64,000 bases of DNA from Thermoproteota archaeon (GCA_038848185.1 JAWCNV010000005.1:18983-82982); one strand, 5' to 3'. Positions 48,000 to 58,579 are shown, counted from the first letter of the stretch. Program-made: numbers and translations. Notes: generated from the sequence alone by a model not told the origin.

Positions 48000-49184
48000 A
48001 TGAAGAACAGGTTCATGATAGCAATTTTCCTTATCGTGTCAATCAACCCTTTAACAATGTTCGTATCCCCACAGCCTGCCAAAAGTTTAACACCCTATAT
48101 GCAGGAAGCCAAGAGGTTTGAAATTGATGTTAGGGAAAAGAATGTCACCATTGCTGTTATAGGTCCAATCTCAGAAGAATTCGCTATAACTATTGAGAAT
48201 AATGGAGGCATCTCCAACATAAGGGTGATGCAGATAAACTACACTACTGAAGGAGGAGCATTCATTTGGGATAATGCTTGGCAACAAATCTATGGAAGTA
48301 ATTCTACTGGTAGACCAATTATAGAGGAGAAGCCCGATTATGTGGAAGCCACCTTCTTCGCACTATACAGGGTGCATCCTGTGGCAGTTGTCACGAAAAT
48401 GATTATTTCAAAGAACGGAATAATACTGATAAACATGAACGTGACTGCCGTTGAAGATGCGAATAGGATTCTTCGGATAGGCTGGGGCTTCTGGGGTTTC
48501 CCCTTCAGCCTTTTCGGCGGAAGGTATGCGGAGGTTTGCAGGGAAGGGACCGTAATAAGGGTGGAGTTACCTGCAGAATATAATTCAGCCTTCACCTCGT
48601 TCTACGATACTAGCAGATCCACCTCCTGGATGGATTTCAGCACCATATCAGAAGGATTAACCATGATAAATATTGCGCCATCCTTAACTACAGGCTACGG
48701 CATAGGTGATAACAGAGGAAACACTGACCCTCCGCCCTCCCCCACTTTCCACGCATACTTTGCGTTCACAGAATGGCAGAAAAGCGGAATGAGGAAGGGG
48801 GAGGTCAGGACAGGAAGGATTGCAATATATATCCATGGGCCGGGTGGCTATGAGGAGAATAAGGATATGATAAATCTTATTCTCAATGTGGGAAAGGCGG
48901 AGGATGATGCGATAAATATGCTGGCCTCATCCAACGATCCCTCAGCCAAAAACCTTGCACACCAAGCATTACTGTATGCACGTTCTGCCTATGAAAAAAT
49001 ATTTGCTGGGGATATTGCTGGTGCAAAGAGTTTGCTGGAAGAATCCTTAAACCTAATTAAAGAAATAAAAGACGCAGAAAGTACTACAATTATAATGAAG
49101 AATATCATGTTAATATTAATTCCTTTAGTAATAGTGGTAGCAGTCTTACTTTCAACATACTTTTTAAGGAAAAGTCGGAAATAA
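48000..49184 (+). CDS. Uncharacterised membrane-anchored surface protein, paralog 2
   Basis: Same architecture as paralog 1. Start refined to ATG 48000 because TTTTTATA abuts the 47979 ATG. Confidence 0.8.
   Translation: MKNRFMIAIFLIVSINPLTMFVSPQPAKSLTPYMQEAKRFEIDVREKNVTIAVIGPISEEFAITIENNGGISNIRVMQINYTTEGGAFIWDNAWQQIYGSNSTGRPIIEEKPDYVEATFFALYRVHPVAVVTKMIISKNGIILINMNVTAVEDANRILRIGWGFWGFPFSLFGGRYAEVCREGTVIRVELPAEYNSAFTSFYDTSRSTSWMDFSTISEGLTMINIAPSLTTGYGIGDNRGNTDPPPSPTFHAYFAFTEWQKSGMRKGEVRTGRIAIYIHGPGGYEENKDMINLILNVGKAEDDAINMLASSNDPSAKNLAHQALLYARSAYEKIFAGDIAGAKSLLEESLNLIKEIKDAESTTIIMKNIMLILIPLVIVVAVLLSTYFLRKSRK
48504..48676 (+). repeat. 173-bp perfect repeat, copy 2 (inside paralog 2)
   Basis: Identical to 47110-47282. 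Confidence 0.95.
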
Positions 49185-49221
49185 TAGTAGGTTCAACATT
49201 AATTCTAGAACCTTAAGTGCA

Positions 49222-50763
49222 TCATATGACATACTTGCCTAGATATTCCCTATGCCTTTTGAAGGAGTTTCTCAGATTTTTACTGACTAAGTTATGAACC
49301 TCTTGGAGTTCTCTATATATTTCAACGTTCGAAGACTTCGGGCTAACGCGGGTTTTCTCATCCAGCTTAACGTATTGATCACATATTTCCCGAATATTCG
49401 TCTTACTCCCAACGTGATTTAGGTAGCACCACATCGCTTGCAAGGCCGCACCATAGGCAGCGCCTTCGTCAACCTTTATGCAGACAGCCTCCGTATTAAA
49501 GATGTCTGCGGCTATTTGTCTCCAAGCCCTGTTTTTAGAGCCTCCTCCGGTTAGCCTTATCTCCTTAGGCTTTATCCCAAGCTCCCTCATCCTGTTCAAA
49601 CCGTAGTTCATTCCCAGCGTAACGCCCTCCATGGCAGCTCTCGCAATATTCTGCTTGTTGAAAGTCCTGCTGTTTAAACCGTAGAAGACACCTGTACCCT
49701 CAGGAACGTTTGGGGTCCTCTCACCCTCAAAGTAGGGTATGAGCAGAAGCCCATTTGCACCCGGTGGTGCCTCTTCAACAGTCCTTGTTAAATCATCATG
49801 CGTCATGTTGAAAAGCTCTCTAACGTACTCCGTCGCAACTGTAACGTTCATTGTGCAAAGCAATGGTAGCCAAGCATTAGTTGAGTCACAGAAGGCAGCT
49901 ATCTCCCCTTTGGGATCCACCACAGGTTTTTCAGAATACGCGTATATTGTTCCAGAGGTCCCGAAGCTAGCGGTCACAATACCCCTTCTAACATTACCTG
50001 TTCCGATAGCACCCATCATGTTGTCTCCACCACCAGCACTAACTATAACGTCGTCTCTCAAACCTAGTTCTTCAGCAACCTCCCTCCTAATTGTCCCAAC
50101 TGGCTTATCGGAGCCTTGCAGAGGAGGAAGCTTATCTTCGAGCTCAGGGTCGATTGCTGCTATTACTTTCTTAGACCACACTCTTCTTCTAACATCCATT
50201 ATTGCTGTTCCAGAGGCATCGCCATACTCCATAGCCATCATACCTGTTAGGTAGTAGTTCAGATAATCATGCGGCAACAATACGTGCCTAAGCCGACTAT
50301 AGTTCTGGGGCTCGTTTCTCTTAAGCCAGAGTATTTTTGGCGCAGTGTAGCCTGGCAGAAAGGGGTTTCCCATAAGTCTTATGACCTTCTCGACCCCGCC
50401 GAGTCTCCTAGTCAAGTATTCACACTCCTTAGCAGTGCTGGTGTCGTTCCAAAGCTTCGCAGGCCTTATGACCCTGCCTTTCTCATCAATCGGGACAAAA
50501 CCATGCTGCTGACCTGAAACCCCTATTGCTCTAATACTCCTAGAGTCTATGCCAGTTTTTGACAAAAGCGTCTTAACAGTCTTATGGAAAGCATCTATCC
50601 AGACCTGAGGGTCCTGCTCTTTGTGGCCTGGCGGAAGGTTTTCTATTAGCCCATAGTTCTCAACAGCCTTGCCGACTACAGAACCCGTCTCGCCGTGAAC
50701 AAGCAAGGTCTTCATGCTCTGCGTACCCAGATCAACCCCCATGAAATACGTTATACTTTCCAA
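49222..50763 (-). CDS. xylB: Xylulokinase (FGGY kinase)
   Basis: GVDLGTQS, SGQQHG, LWND, GGGDNMMGAIG, PYFEGERTP and GGGSK. Confidence 0.88.
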   Translation of the reverse strand: MESITYFMGVDLGTQSMKTLLVHGETGSVVGKAVENYGLIENLPPGHKEQDPQVWIDAFHKTVKTLLSKTGIDSRSIRAIGVSGQQHGFVPIDEKGRVIRPAKLWNDTSTAKECEYLTRRLGGVEKVIRLMGNPFLPGYTAPKILWLKRNEPQNYSRLRHVLLPHDYLNYYLTGMMAMEYGDASGTAIMDVRRRVWSKKVIAAIDPELEDKLPPLQGSDKPVGTIRREVAEELGLRDDVIVSAGGGDNMMGAIGTGNVRRGIVTASFGTSGTIYAYSEKPVVDPKGEIAAFCDSTNAWLPLLCTMNVTVATEYVRELFNMTHDDLTRTVEEAPPGANGLLLIPYFEGERTPNVPEGTGVFYGLNSRTFNKQNIARAAMEGVTLGMNYGLNRMRELGIKPKEIRLTGGGSKNRAWRQIAADIFNTEAVCIKVDEGAAYGAALQAMWCYLNHVGSKTNIREICDQYVKLDEKTRVSPKSSNVEIYRELQEVHNLVSKNLRNSFKRHREYLGKYVI

Positions 50764-50853
50764 TTTACCCGCCTAGAAATAAGATAGCCGAATATTATTT
50801 AAACATTAATTAGAATTCCTCCGTTTGAGACTACACGACTTTCTTCTACAGAT

Positions 50854-51903
50854 CTAAACTTCAAGCATCTGTTCTATGTTTAGATTTAAAACAATTTCAG
50901 CAATATCGCTAGCGTATTCTATTGTTCTACGTATGCTTTCTATAATCATTCTCAAACCGGATATTTTTCTAGCATCTGCCCTCTTGGAGATGAGCTTCAT
51001 AATCTCGCTTTCCATAGAAGATATGGTTTTCGCTTTCGAGATAGTGCTATCAGCTAATAGATAGTTTTTCTCATACAATGATTTTACAGCATCATTGAAA
51101 ATCGACACTGAGAAAAGGCTCATTTCAGATATTCTCTTCAAAATTGGGGCGTCAATGCTTTCGCCTATCGACATAACGTTTTCAGCTATCTTAACTGCGT
51201 GGTCAGCTATCCTCTCGACAAATTTCACTACTATCCGGTACCCTAAGCAATCTCTAGGATTAGAGAGCCCAATTTCTCTAAGTATCCGCTCATTCTGCAC
51301 AGCCATCTTCAACTGTCGTATCACGTAAAGACTGAAACGGTCAACCTCATCATCCAGCGCAATAACGTCTTGAGCAAGCGTCTCATCCGATTCTCTTAAC
51401 GCTTGTAATGCATCGCTATGCATTGAGGCAGTTATAAGGCACATACGTCTTAAAGCGTTCTCAACAGAAAGCTCAGGATAGCTGACCAATATTTGCAATA
51501 TAATCGCGCTTTCAGAATCCGAGATCGTCTCAACACCAACCAGCTTTCTTCTTGTGAGGTCCTTAATTAGGTTTCTTTGAAGAGAAGTTATGTTTTCACC
51601 TACCGTTTTAATTTTGATCAGTTTATAGCCCACGAGGTAAAGCGCAATTATCTTACGCATGATCGTATCCGGATTATCTTTCTGCGATATTTTTATAGTT
51701 GCTTCTGTGGGTCTTTCTGGCTTAACGAGCCCTTTAGGAGTTAGGATTAGCGAAAAATTGTTTTCAGAAATCACAAGCTGATCTCCAGCATTCAACTTCA
51801 TTCTGGTTACCCAACTTTTTGGCAGAGACACTATGTATGTTGATTTTCCTGTCAACTGGATCTTTCTCATCTCCTCATTTGGAAGAGATTTCTGTCCTCT
51901 CAT
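50854..51903 (-). CDS. Archaeal AbrB-PhoU phosphate uptake regulator
   Basis: RKIQLTGKSTYIVSLPKSW (AbrB) plus PhoU repeats (DDEVDR, ERIADH). Start refined to ATG 51903 (AGGTGAG upstream). Confidence 0.9.
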   Translation of the reverse strand: MRGQKSLPNEEMRKIQLTGKSTYIVSLPKSWVTRMKLNAGDQLVISENNFSLILTPKGLVKPERPTEATIKISQKDNPDTIMRKIIALYLVGYKLIKIKTVGENITSLQRNLIKDLTRRKLVGVETISDSESAIILQILVSYPELSVENALRRMCLITASMHSDALQALRESDETLAQDVIALDDEVDRFSLYVIRQLKMAVQNERILREIGLSNPRDCLGYRIVVKFVERIADHAVKIAENVMSIGESIDAPILKRISEMSLFSVSIFNDAVKSLYEKNYLLADSTISKAKTISSMESEIMKLISKRADARKISGLRMIIESIRRTIEYASDIAEIVLNLNIEQMLEV

Positions 51904-51915
51904 AATTCTCACCTT

Positions 51916-51966
51916 GTCTATATAGACCATTTACCTATATATTTTCTATTTGGACAAACTATATAT
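51916..51966. promoter_or_regulatory. Divergent pst/phoU promoter with palindrome GTCTATATAGAC and three CTATATA copies
   Basis: Palindrome at 51916-51927; CTATATA at 51918, 51935 and 51959. Confidence 0.55.
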
Positions 51967-52005
51967 GTCTTTCTACTTCGCCAGATGCGGAGGAGGATAA
52001 AAGAG

Positions 52006-52965
52006 ATGGATAATAAAATCATCGTGATAATGGCTGTAGTAGCCTTAGTTAGCATAACTATAGGGTATTACATTAACGCTCTTACTCAAGGAGCTAGACT
52101 ACAGGAATTAGAAAATACCCTAAAAGAAGTTGAAGAAGATTCTGCTTGGCGAAGCGCCCGTATAACTATCTCAGGCTCAACTACAGTGTTACCAATAGCA
52201 AATGCAAGTGCCATTACTATGATGAATAAGTATCCCGGTATCACCATAACAGTTCAAGGTGGGGGTACTGGAGTGGGATACAGTAATATCATAGATGGTG
52301 TAGTCAACATAGGGATGGCCTCAAGAGACCCAAAAAGCACTGAAATAGAGAATGCAAAAAACAAGGGGGTTGACCTATGGCTACATCCAATAGCCCTAGA
52401 TGCTGTGGTTGTAGTTGTAAATCCCTCTGTTGCAAACTCGAGCTATCCGTTAAGCCTTACCCTTCAGGAAGTAGGCAAGATTTTCTCTGGAACGTATACT
52501 TATTGGGATGAGGTTAAACAGGGATTACCCCATAAGGAGATAATGGTAGTTGTTAGGGAGCCAGGATCAGGCACAAGAGGCACTTTTGAAGAATATACGA
52601 TGCACCCTTGGAAATATAACGTGACGGAGCGTGCAAGCGTACAGCCAAGTAACCCTGCCGTAAGGATTAAGGTTGAAACCACGCCCTACTCAATAGGTTA
52701 TGTTGGATTTGGCTTCCTAAGCGAAAAAATGCATGCAGTATCTTTAGCTAAGGAAGCTGATAAACCATATGTCTATCCAACAATTGCATCTATTGCTGGC
52801 GGAAACTATCCGATTTCAAGATACTTATATCTAGTTACAAACGGTCAACCGAAAAGCGGTTCACTAGTCGACAGGTTCATAGACTTCATAAGAAGTGAGG
52901 AAGGACAAGGAATAGTTGAGGCAAATGGATACTTGAGGCTTCCCTATGTGTTTCCTGTTCCCTGA
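52006..52965 (+). CDS. pstS: Phosphate ABC transporter substrate-binding protein
   Basis: SGSTTVLP, GGGTG, MASR, REPGSGT and IGYVG. Start refined to ATG 52006 after GGAGGAGG. Confidence 0.93.
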   Translation: MDNKIIVIMAVVALVSITIGYYINALTQGARLQELENTLKEVEEDSAWRSARITISGSTTVLPIANASAITMMNKYPGITITVQGGGTGVGYSNIIDGVVNIGMASRDPKSTEIENAKNKGVDLWLHPIALDAVVVVVNPSVANSSYPLSLTLQEVGKIFSGTYTYWDEVKQGLPHKEIMVVVREPGSGTRGTFEEYTMHPWKYNVTERASVQPSNPAVRIKVETTPYSIGYVGFGFLSEKMHAVSLAKEADKPYVYPTIASIAGGNYPISRYLYLVTNGQPKSGSLVDRFIDFIRSEEGQGIVEANGYLRLPYVFPVP

Positions 52966-52980
52966 TCGTAAAAAATATGG

Positions 52981-53901
52981 ATGATGAGGCTCCCGATGAA
53001 TAAAAAAACCCATCTTCTGAAGCGTCTTAGGGAAGAACCTATAGTGTTAGTCTTTTTTTTATGCGCGTCATCTTCAATACTTTTCATTTTATTAATGTTT
53101 GTATTTATAGCCAAAGAAGGTGCGCAAACCTTACTCACGTTTGGAATAGATTTTATAATTGGCGGAGTTTGGGAAACTAACTCTGGTCTTTATGGAGCTC
53201 TTCCGCTAATATATGGTTCCTTGATGGTTGTAGCCGGTGCCCTTGCCATAGCTGTTCCACTTGGAGTCGCTACAGCAATATTTATAGTAGAAGTTCTACC
53301 ATTTACATTCAGAGATTTAATAAAATCATTACTTGAACTACTTGCATCCATTCCCTCAATAATATATGGATTTATAGGGCTCACTTTCTTAGCTCCTCAA
53401 GTAGCCTCTTTCTTCGGTATACCAACTGGAACAGTGGCATTAACTACTTCTATAATACTTGCATTAATGTCTATTCCAACTATAGTCGGAGTTTCTGGCG
53501 AAATCATATCTGCAGTTCCAAAGGAATATAGGGAAGCCGCTTTAGCACTTGGCGCAACAAAACTAAAGATAATAAAAACCGTAGTAATACCAGTTTCTAA
53601 ATCTGGAATAATTGCAAGCATCATGCTAGGATTTGGAAGAGCAATAGGTGAAACGGTGGCAGTAATTATGGTTGCAGGCAATGTAGCATTAATCCCAGAA
53701 CCACCTTGGAACTTCCTGTCACCAGTATACCCGATTACTGCCGTCATAGCTATGCAAATGGGAGAAGCTGCTGTAGGAAGCCTTGAATACAGTGCCTTAT
53801 TCGGTCTAGGATTAATCTTGTTCATCATAACTTTTATTGTAAACACATTGGCGGATGTAATAGTTAGGAGAGAATCTAAAATTAAAGGCGGTGTAAAATG
53901 A
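52981..53901 (+). CDS. pstC: Phosphate ABC permease
   Basis: LASIPSIIYG, EAALALGAT and RAIGETVAV. Confidence 0.93.
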   Translation: MMRLPMNKKTHLLKRLREEPIVLVFFLCASSSILFILLMFVFIAKEGAQTLLTFGIDFIIGGVWETNSGLYGALPLIYGSLMVVAGALAIAVPLGVATAIFIVEVLPFTFRDLIKSLLELLASIPSIIYGFIGLTFLAPQVASFFGIPTGTVALTTSIILALMSIPTIVGVSGEIISAVPKEYREAALALGATKLKIIKTVVIPVSKSGIIASIMLGFGRAIGETVAVIMVAGNVALIPEPPWNFLSPVYPITAVIAMQMGEAAVGSLEYSALFGLGLILFIITFIVNTLADVIVRRESKIKGGVK

Positions 53902-54731
53902 ATAGCAAGATCACAGAAAAAGCCTTTTTCATAATTCTCGGAATCCCTTTAATAATATGCTTGACTGCATTATTGTGGATAATCCTAGCTCTTTTAACAG
54001 GCATTGGTACTCTCAGATGGGAACTTTTTACTAAAAGTGTTCTGGAGGGGGGAATTTTTGAAATGATTATCGGAACTCTTTATTTACTAATAGGGGCGGT
54101 TGGAGTAGCAACTCCGGTCGGTGTTTTAGCAGCCATATATCTTGTAGAATACTCCTCTCGAGGAAGATTTGCACGTATTATTGATCAAGCTTTCAATAAC
54201 ATGGCAGGAGTGCCATCGATAGTTATAGGATTATTCGGATATGCATTTTTTTCAAGATTGCTTGGGCTCGGGATCTCTTTGGCAGCCGGATGGTTAACCT
54301 TGATGTTGATGATGCTCCCAATAATAGTTAGAGGGACAGAGGAAGCACTTAAGATGGTTCCGAATACTTTTAAAGAAGCTGCTTTAGCACTAGGTTCGTC
54401 TAAATGGAAGGCTATACGCTCTGTGACCATTCCTGCCGCAGCCCCTGGAATAATTACTAGTGTTCTCTTAGGAATGGCGAGAGTAGCTGGAGAAACAGCG
54501 GCCATACTCTTTACATCATGTGTTTTAGTAACTAGAGGTCTACCTAGATCACCATTGGAACCTATAATGGCCTTGGCTTTCAATCTGTTTGTCAAAATTA
54601 CTATATTGGGAGAATCTCCTGATAAGGTCTTTGGGATAGCTATAGTTCTTTTCCTGATCGTTGTTTCCATAGCTATTGCAGCCATAGCCTTCAGAATCTA
54701 CTACAGGAGGAGACAACCATGGCTAAGGTAG
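53898..54731 (+). CDS. pstA: Phosphate ABC permease
   Basis: [18 protein letters not shown] and ARVAGETA. Confidence 0.93.
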   Translation: MNSKITEKAFFIILGIPLIICLTALLWIILALLTGIGTLRWELFTKSVLEGGIFEMIIGTLYLLIGAVGVATPVGVLAAIYLVEYSSRGRFARIIDQAFNNMAGVPSIVIGLFGYAFFSRLLGLGISLAAGWLTLMLMMLPIIVRGTEEALKMVPNTFKEAALALGSSKWKAIRSVTIPAAAPGIITSVLLGMARVAGETAAILFTSCVLVTRGLPRSPLEPIMALAFNLFVKITILGESPDKVFGIAIVLFLIVVSIAIAAIAFRIYYRRRQPWLR

Positions 54732-55471
54732 AAATCATAAATTTGAACGTATGGTTTAAAAACAATCATGTGTTGAAGGACGTAAATCTTAAAATAAAGG
54801 AAAATGCTGTAACTGCCATAATGGGTCCCTCAGGGTGTGGAAAGAGTACTTTGTTAAGGGCAATTAACAGGATGAATGAAATAATAGAGGGATGCCGCAC
54901 TAAAGGCGAAGTATATATCGATAATAAAAACATTTATGATGAAAACACTAACGTTTATGAATTAAGGAGAAGGGTTGGAATGGTTTTTCAAAAGCCAAAT
55001 CCACTTCCAAAATCGATATTTGAAAATGTTGCTTATGGGGTTAAGATTCATGCCATGGCAAGCAGGGATAATATTGTCAAGATCGTGAAAAGAAGCCTCG
55101 AAGAGGCTGCACTTTGGAATGAAGTTAACGACAGATTAAACGATAGTGCGTTTAGCCTTTCAGGCGGACAGCAGCAGAGACTTTGCATAGCAAGAGCACT
55201 TGCAGTTAATCCGGAAATCATTCTTCTAGACGAGCCGTGTAGTGCTCTGGATCCTATTGCTACCGCGAAGATAGAAACGTTAATGCGAAAACTCTCGGAA
55301 AAATACACTGTTATAATAGTTACCCATAATGTTCAACAGGCGGCACGCGTCTCAGATTACGCTGCTTTCCTTTATCTGGGAGAATTGGTAGAGCATGGCC
55401 CCACTAGACAGATCTTCGAGAACCCGAGGAATGAATTGACTGAGAAATATATAACCGGAGGCTTCGGGTAG
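54719..55471 (+). CDS. pstB: Phosphate ABC ATPase
   Basis: [29 protein letters not shown] and DEPCSALDP. Confidence 0.96.
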   Translation: MAKVEIINLNVWFKNNHVLKDVNLKIKENAVTAIMGPSGCGKSTLLRAINRMNEIIEGCRTKGEVYIDNKNIYDENTNVYELRRRVGMVFQKPNPLPKSIFENVAYGVKIHAMASRDNIVKIVKRSLEEAALWNEVNDRLNDSAFSLSGGQQQRLCIARALAVNPEIILLDEPCSALDPIATAKIETLMRKLSEKYTVIIVTHNVQQAARVSDYAAFLYLGELVEHGPTRQIFENPRNELTEKYITGGFG

Positions 55472-55481
55472 GTGAGAAACA

Positions 55482-56126
55482 ATGACTAGATTAATTGACT
55501 CAGGTTTGGAGCAGGTTAGGAGCATGCTTATTCGAATGGGCGACCTTGCTCATGAAGCAATCGCCAAATCTCTCGAAGGATATATTAATGGTGTAAGCAC
55601 CTACTTGGAAGTTCAAAAAACATCTGTCATTTTAGTCTCAACCGCTGAGGAGGTTGAAGACAAGGTTTTCGAACTGATTGCACGGTTTCAACCGGTTGCA
55701 TCTGATCTGAGGCTTTTGAAATCATACATGAAAATATCATACAACTTAGCTAGATACGGTAGGTATGCACTGGACATATCGCAAATCTACGAGAAGCTTG
55801 ATGGGTTAGGGTTATGTGAAGACTGGATTAGAAATCATGTTATGGAAATGGAAAGAAAAGTGTTAGAGATGATACGTATAAGTGTGGACCTTCTTGAAAA
55901 CCGCAACATCAAAGTAGCTAAAACTCTTTCTGAATTGGAAAACCAAGTTGACGAGATGTATTTTAAATTTCTCGATAAGCTGATTGATGAAACCTCGGCC
56001 ATAAACAAGTGTATAATATCCAGTGTTCTAGTTATAAGGTATCTTGAGAGAATAGCTGACCACGCAACATATATAGGCGAATCAGTAACCTACATCGTTA
56101 CCGGGGAAAGGGTTATGCTAAGATGA
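55482..56126 (+). CDS. phoU: PhoU phosphate transport regulator
   Basis: QPVASDLR and ERIADHA; last gene of the pst operon. Confidence 0.92.
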   Translation: MTRLIDSGLEQVRSMLIRMGDLAHEAIAKSLEGYINGVSTYLEVQKTSVILVSTAEEVEDKVFELIARFQPVASDLRLLKSYMKISYNLARYGRYALDISQIYEKLDGLGLCEDWIRNHVMEMERKVLEMIRISVDLLENRNIKVAKTLSELENQVDEMYFKFLDKLIDETSAINKCIISSVLVIRYLERIADHATYIGESVTYIVTGERVMLR

Positions 56127-56182
56127 CAAGTGACGAAACTACTAAGCTAGCCCTGTTATGAATAAACCAATACTTTGTAAAT

Positions 56183-57340
56183 CTATTTCTTTCTGCCTCT
56201 CTTTCGTAGAATTATTAAGCCGATTACAACCACCACTATAATTACTAATGCGATTATAAGAAGGAGATCGGGCATTGCTTCTCCTCCAGCTTCCCTCGCC
56301 TTCTGGATAAGGCTATTAGCATTCTCGAGATCGGTTTTAGCCCCGTTTTCATCACCACTAATCAGCTTATTAAGACCAGAACGGACTATCGTCATCGCTT
56401 GAGAAGCAAGTGTCCAAGCCTCAGTCTCCCGCCCATACTTCTTAAGTGCTTTCTCACATTCGACTTGTGCTGAAGCAAGTCCTGAAACTAGATTAAGCAT
56501 TTCTTCACTTGCTTGATAACCGCCTGGACCGTGAACGTATAAGGCTACTTTTGAAAACCTCTTCTCGCCACTACTCATGCCTCCTTCTCCATCAGGTTTA
56601 TGCGTGATGCGTACACCGTAAACGTTATGGTAACCCCATTGCCTCTCATCCCTTACTCCAGCCGAGTACCAGATCTCAGACCCTGGAGCCATGTTTATGA
56701 AAGTAAGTCCCTCTGCGCCTCTGCTAAAGTCGGCCCAGTAGAAAATCTCGTCTGTAGCGACGAAGTCGCCACTAGTCACGTCTCCAGGCAGAGTTATTTC
56801 TCTTATTTCTCTCTCAAGCTTGACATGTGCTTTCTCACCTTGAAAAACATCTGTAGGAAAATAGATCATCCATAGCGTGTTTCTTAGATCCAGCAGGTCT
56901 GCTTTAGCCTCTATAACGTTTGAAATAAGAATAAGGCCGGTCTTCGAAATAGTGTAGTTTGTCTCTGTGTAGACTTCAGCATTAGCATACTTGCCGTAGA
57001 ATCGAGCCTCAACATAATCACCCCTGTTTTCAACAATCGGAGAAGCCAGAGAGTTGGAAAACCATGTTTGCTCCCATGAATTCCAAACGTAGCAACCGGC
57101 AACACTAGTATACGGTATCTGAGAGATTAAAACTTGAGAGATGCCACCATTCTTGTTTATTACAATCCTAAACTTTTCTATCCCCACTTCAAGATAAGCC
57201 ACTTCTATGGCATTCTCTTTTTCAACTATTTCAAACCCGCTCTGGAATTGTGCATCCACTCTTAGAAAGCTAATCTGTAATATAATTAGCATCATACAGA
57301 ACATTAAAACGAGCCTTTTCTCCAAAACCCTGTTTTCCAT
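56183..57340 (-). CDS. Uncharacterised membrane-anchored surface protein, paralog 3
   Basis: INKNGGIS, TISKTGLILI, DFS..AEGLTFINMAP and KVALYVHGPGGY align with paralogs 1 and 2; TM plus RKRGRKK. Confidence 0.8.
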   Translation of the reverse strand: MENRVLEKRLVLMFCMMLIILQISFLRVDAQFQSGFEIVEKENAIEVAYLEVGIEKFRIVINKNGGISQVLISQIPYTSVAGCYVWNSWEQTWFSNSLASPIVENRGDYVEARFYGKYANAEVYTETNYTISKTGLILISNVIEAKADLLDLRNTLWMIYFPTDVFQGEKAHVKLEREIREITLPGDVTSGDFVATDEIFYWADFSRGAEGLTFINMAPGSEIWYSAGVRDERQWGYHNVYGVRITHKPDGEGGMSSGEKRFSKVALYVHGPGGYQASEEMLNLVSGLASAQVECEKALKKYGRETEAWTLASQAMTIVRSGLNKLISGDENGAKTDLENANSLIQKAREAGGEAMPDLLLIIALVIIVVVVIGLIILRKRGRKK

Positions 57341-57440
57341 GCTTCTAAAAAAGGTTAGAGTAAAACTTAAATTTTATTATCAAGCGGCGGCTCCAATAGT
57401 TAAGGCAATAAAACCCGCTTAAAAACTTAAACTAATAAGG

Positions 57441-58478
57441 CTACCTTGACCAGCGTTCCTCAGGAGGCGGCAGAACTGGGAAAGATGCGTGAGGCTCCTT
57501 TTGATACCAGTATGCAACTGAAGCAATGTCATCAGTAAGCGGCTGGAATTTATTATCCGGGTACCATCCTAAGGCTTGGATTGTGACTTTTAAATCATTC
57601 TTAAACCTGATCGGGTCGAGAATATGCCACCTATAGAGCATATGCCTAGGAACTTCACCAGGCTCTTTCCTGTACAAGGGGTAACCCAAGAAGGCTGTTG
57701 AAAAGGTTTCACCTCCAAATCCCCATGCTCCTCCGAAATAGTCTTCCGTGCCTGTTCCGCAAATCGTTGGATACTCAGTGTCACCATCTATGAAGAATTT
57801 CACCTCCCCTTCTCCCCACCAGCCGTTGGAAAGCTGTGTCCAAGCTAAGACTGTCCCCACATAGTGGCCCCTCCCCTTAACGTTATCTAGTATAGTGTGC
57901 TGCGGGTTCTGCCTAGTGGTCATCGAACGCCTCCACTGAGCATGGAAGTATGCCAAGTCTTCACCAATATTCTCCCGCGAATATGTTATCTGGTAGAAGA
58001 ATCCACCTATATCCTCGGTCCACTGGTTCTCCACGGTTATTAAAGCTCTCTTCCTAAAAGGCATTGGGAAATAACAGTTGAAGCCTCCTGAAGGATTCAC
58101 CACTATAGGAAGGGAGTTAACGTTAAACCTTAATCCATGCCCGTTAGCAAAGAAGTCTCCGAGAGGAACCTCGATAGAGGGAGCCTCCTCATTATCCCAG
58201 AAAAACCGTAGAACACTGTTCCGGTATGCTTTCTGGTCTACAGTTATCCAGACGTGCCTTATGATGCCGCTCCCCTTTATATCAGCGAGCGTAGTTACTC
58301 TATTGGCTGCCAAGGTTATGCAGGGCATAACCTTCCATCCTTTCCCAAGTCTCGACGCAGGGCTAAGTAGCCCAGGCACCTCCATCGCCCCCTTGCCTTT
58401 CTCCCCCGTCGGGTTCTCGGCAGAGATGGAGAAAGTCTCCGCATCGCTTAACTTGGGAAGGTCTGAGAGAAACACCAT
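57441..58478 (-). CDS. GH172 / DUF2961 glycoside hydrolase
   Basis: ENPTGEKG, WWGEGE, GTGTEDYFGG and SVAYWYQ; both Glu positions known to be catalytic in GH172 are present. Confidence 0.88.
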   Translation of the reverse strand: MVFLSDLPKLSDAETFSISAENPTGEKGKGAMEVPGLLSPASRLGKGWKVMPCITLAANRVTTLADIKGSGIIRHVWITVDQKAYRNSVLRFFWDNEEAPSIEVPLGDFFANGHGLRFNVNSLPIVVNPSGGFNCYFPMPFRKRALITVENQWTEDIGGFFYQITYSRENIGEDLAYFHAQWRRSMTTRQNPQHTILDNVKGRGHYVGTVLAWTQLSNGWWGEGEVKFFIDGDTEYPTICGTGTEDYFGGAWGFGGETFSTAFLGYPLYRKEPGEVPRHMLYRWHILDPIRFKNDLKVTIQALGWYPDNKFQPLTDDIASVAYWYQKEPHASFPVLPPPEERWSR

Positions 58479-58579
58479 CTATTTTTCAACCTCCAGCAAA
58501 ATAAGGCATACTAAACTTTAAAACCTTTCCTCTCGTAAAATGGCAGGTTGACACTGTTTTCCTCATCCTTCCTAACCCC

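Noticed and set aside
47110-48676. 173-bp repeat as a diversity-generating retroelement TR/VR pair
   Set aside because: The copies are identical with no adenine-specific mismatches, both are mid-gene, and there is no reverse transcriptase in the window.
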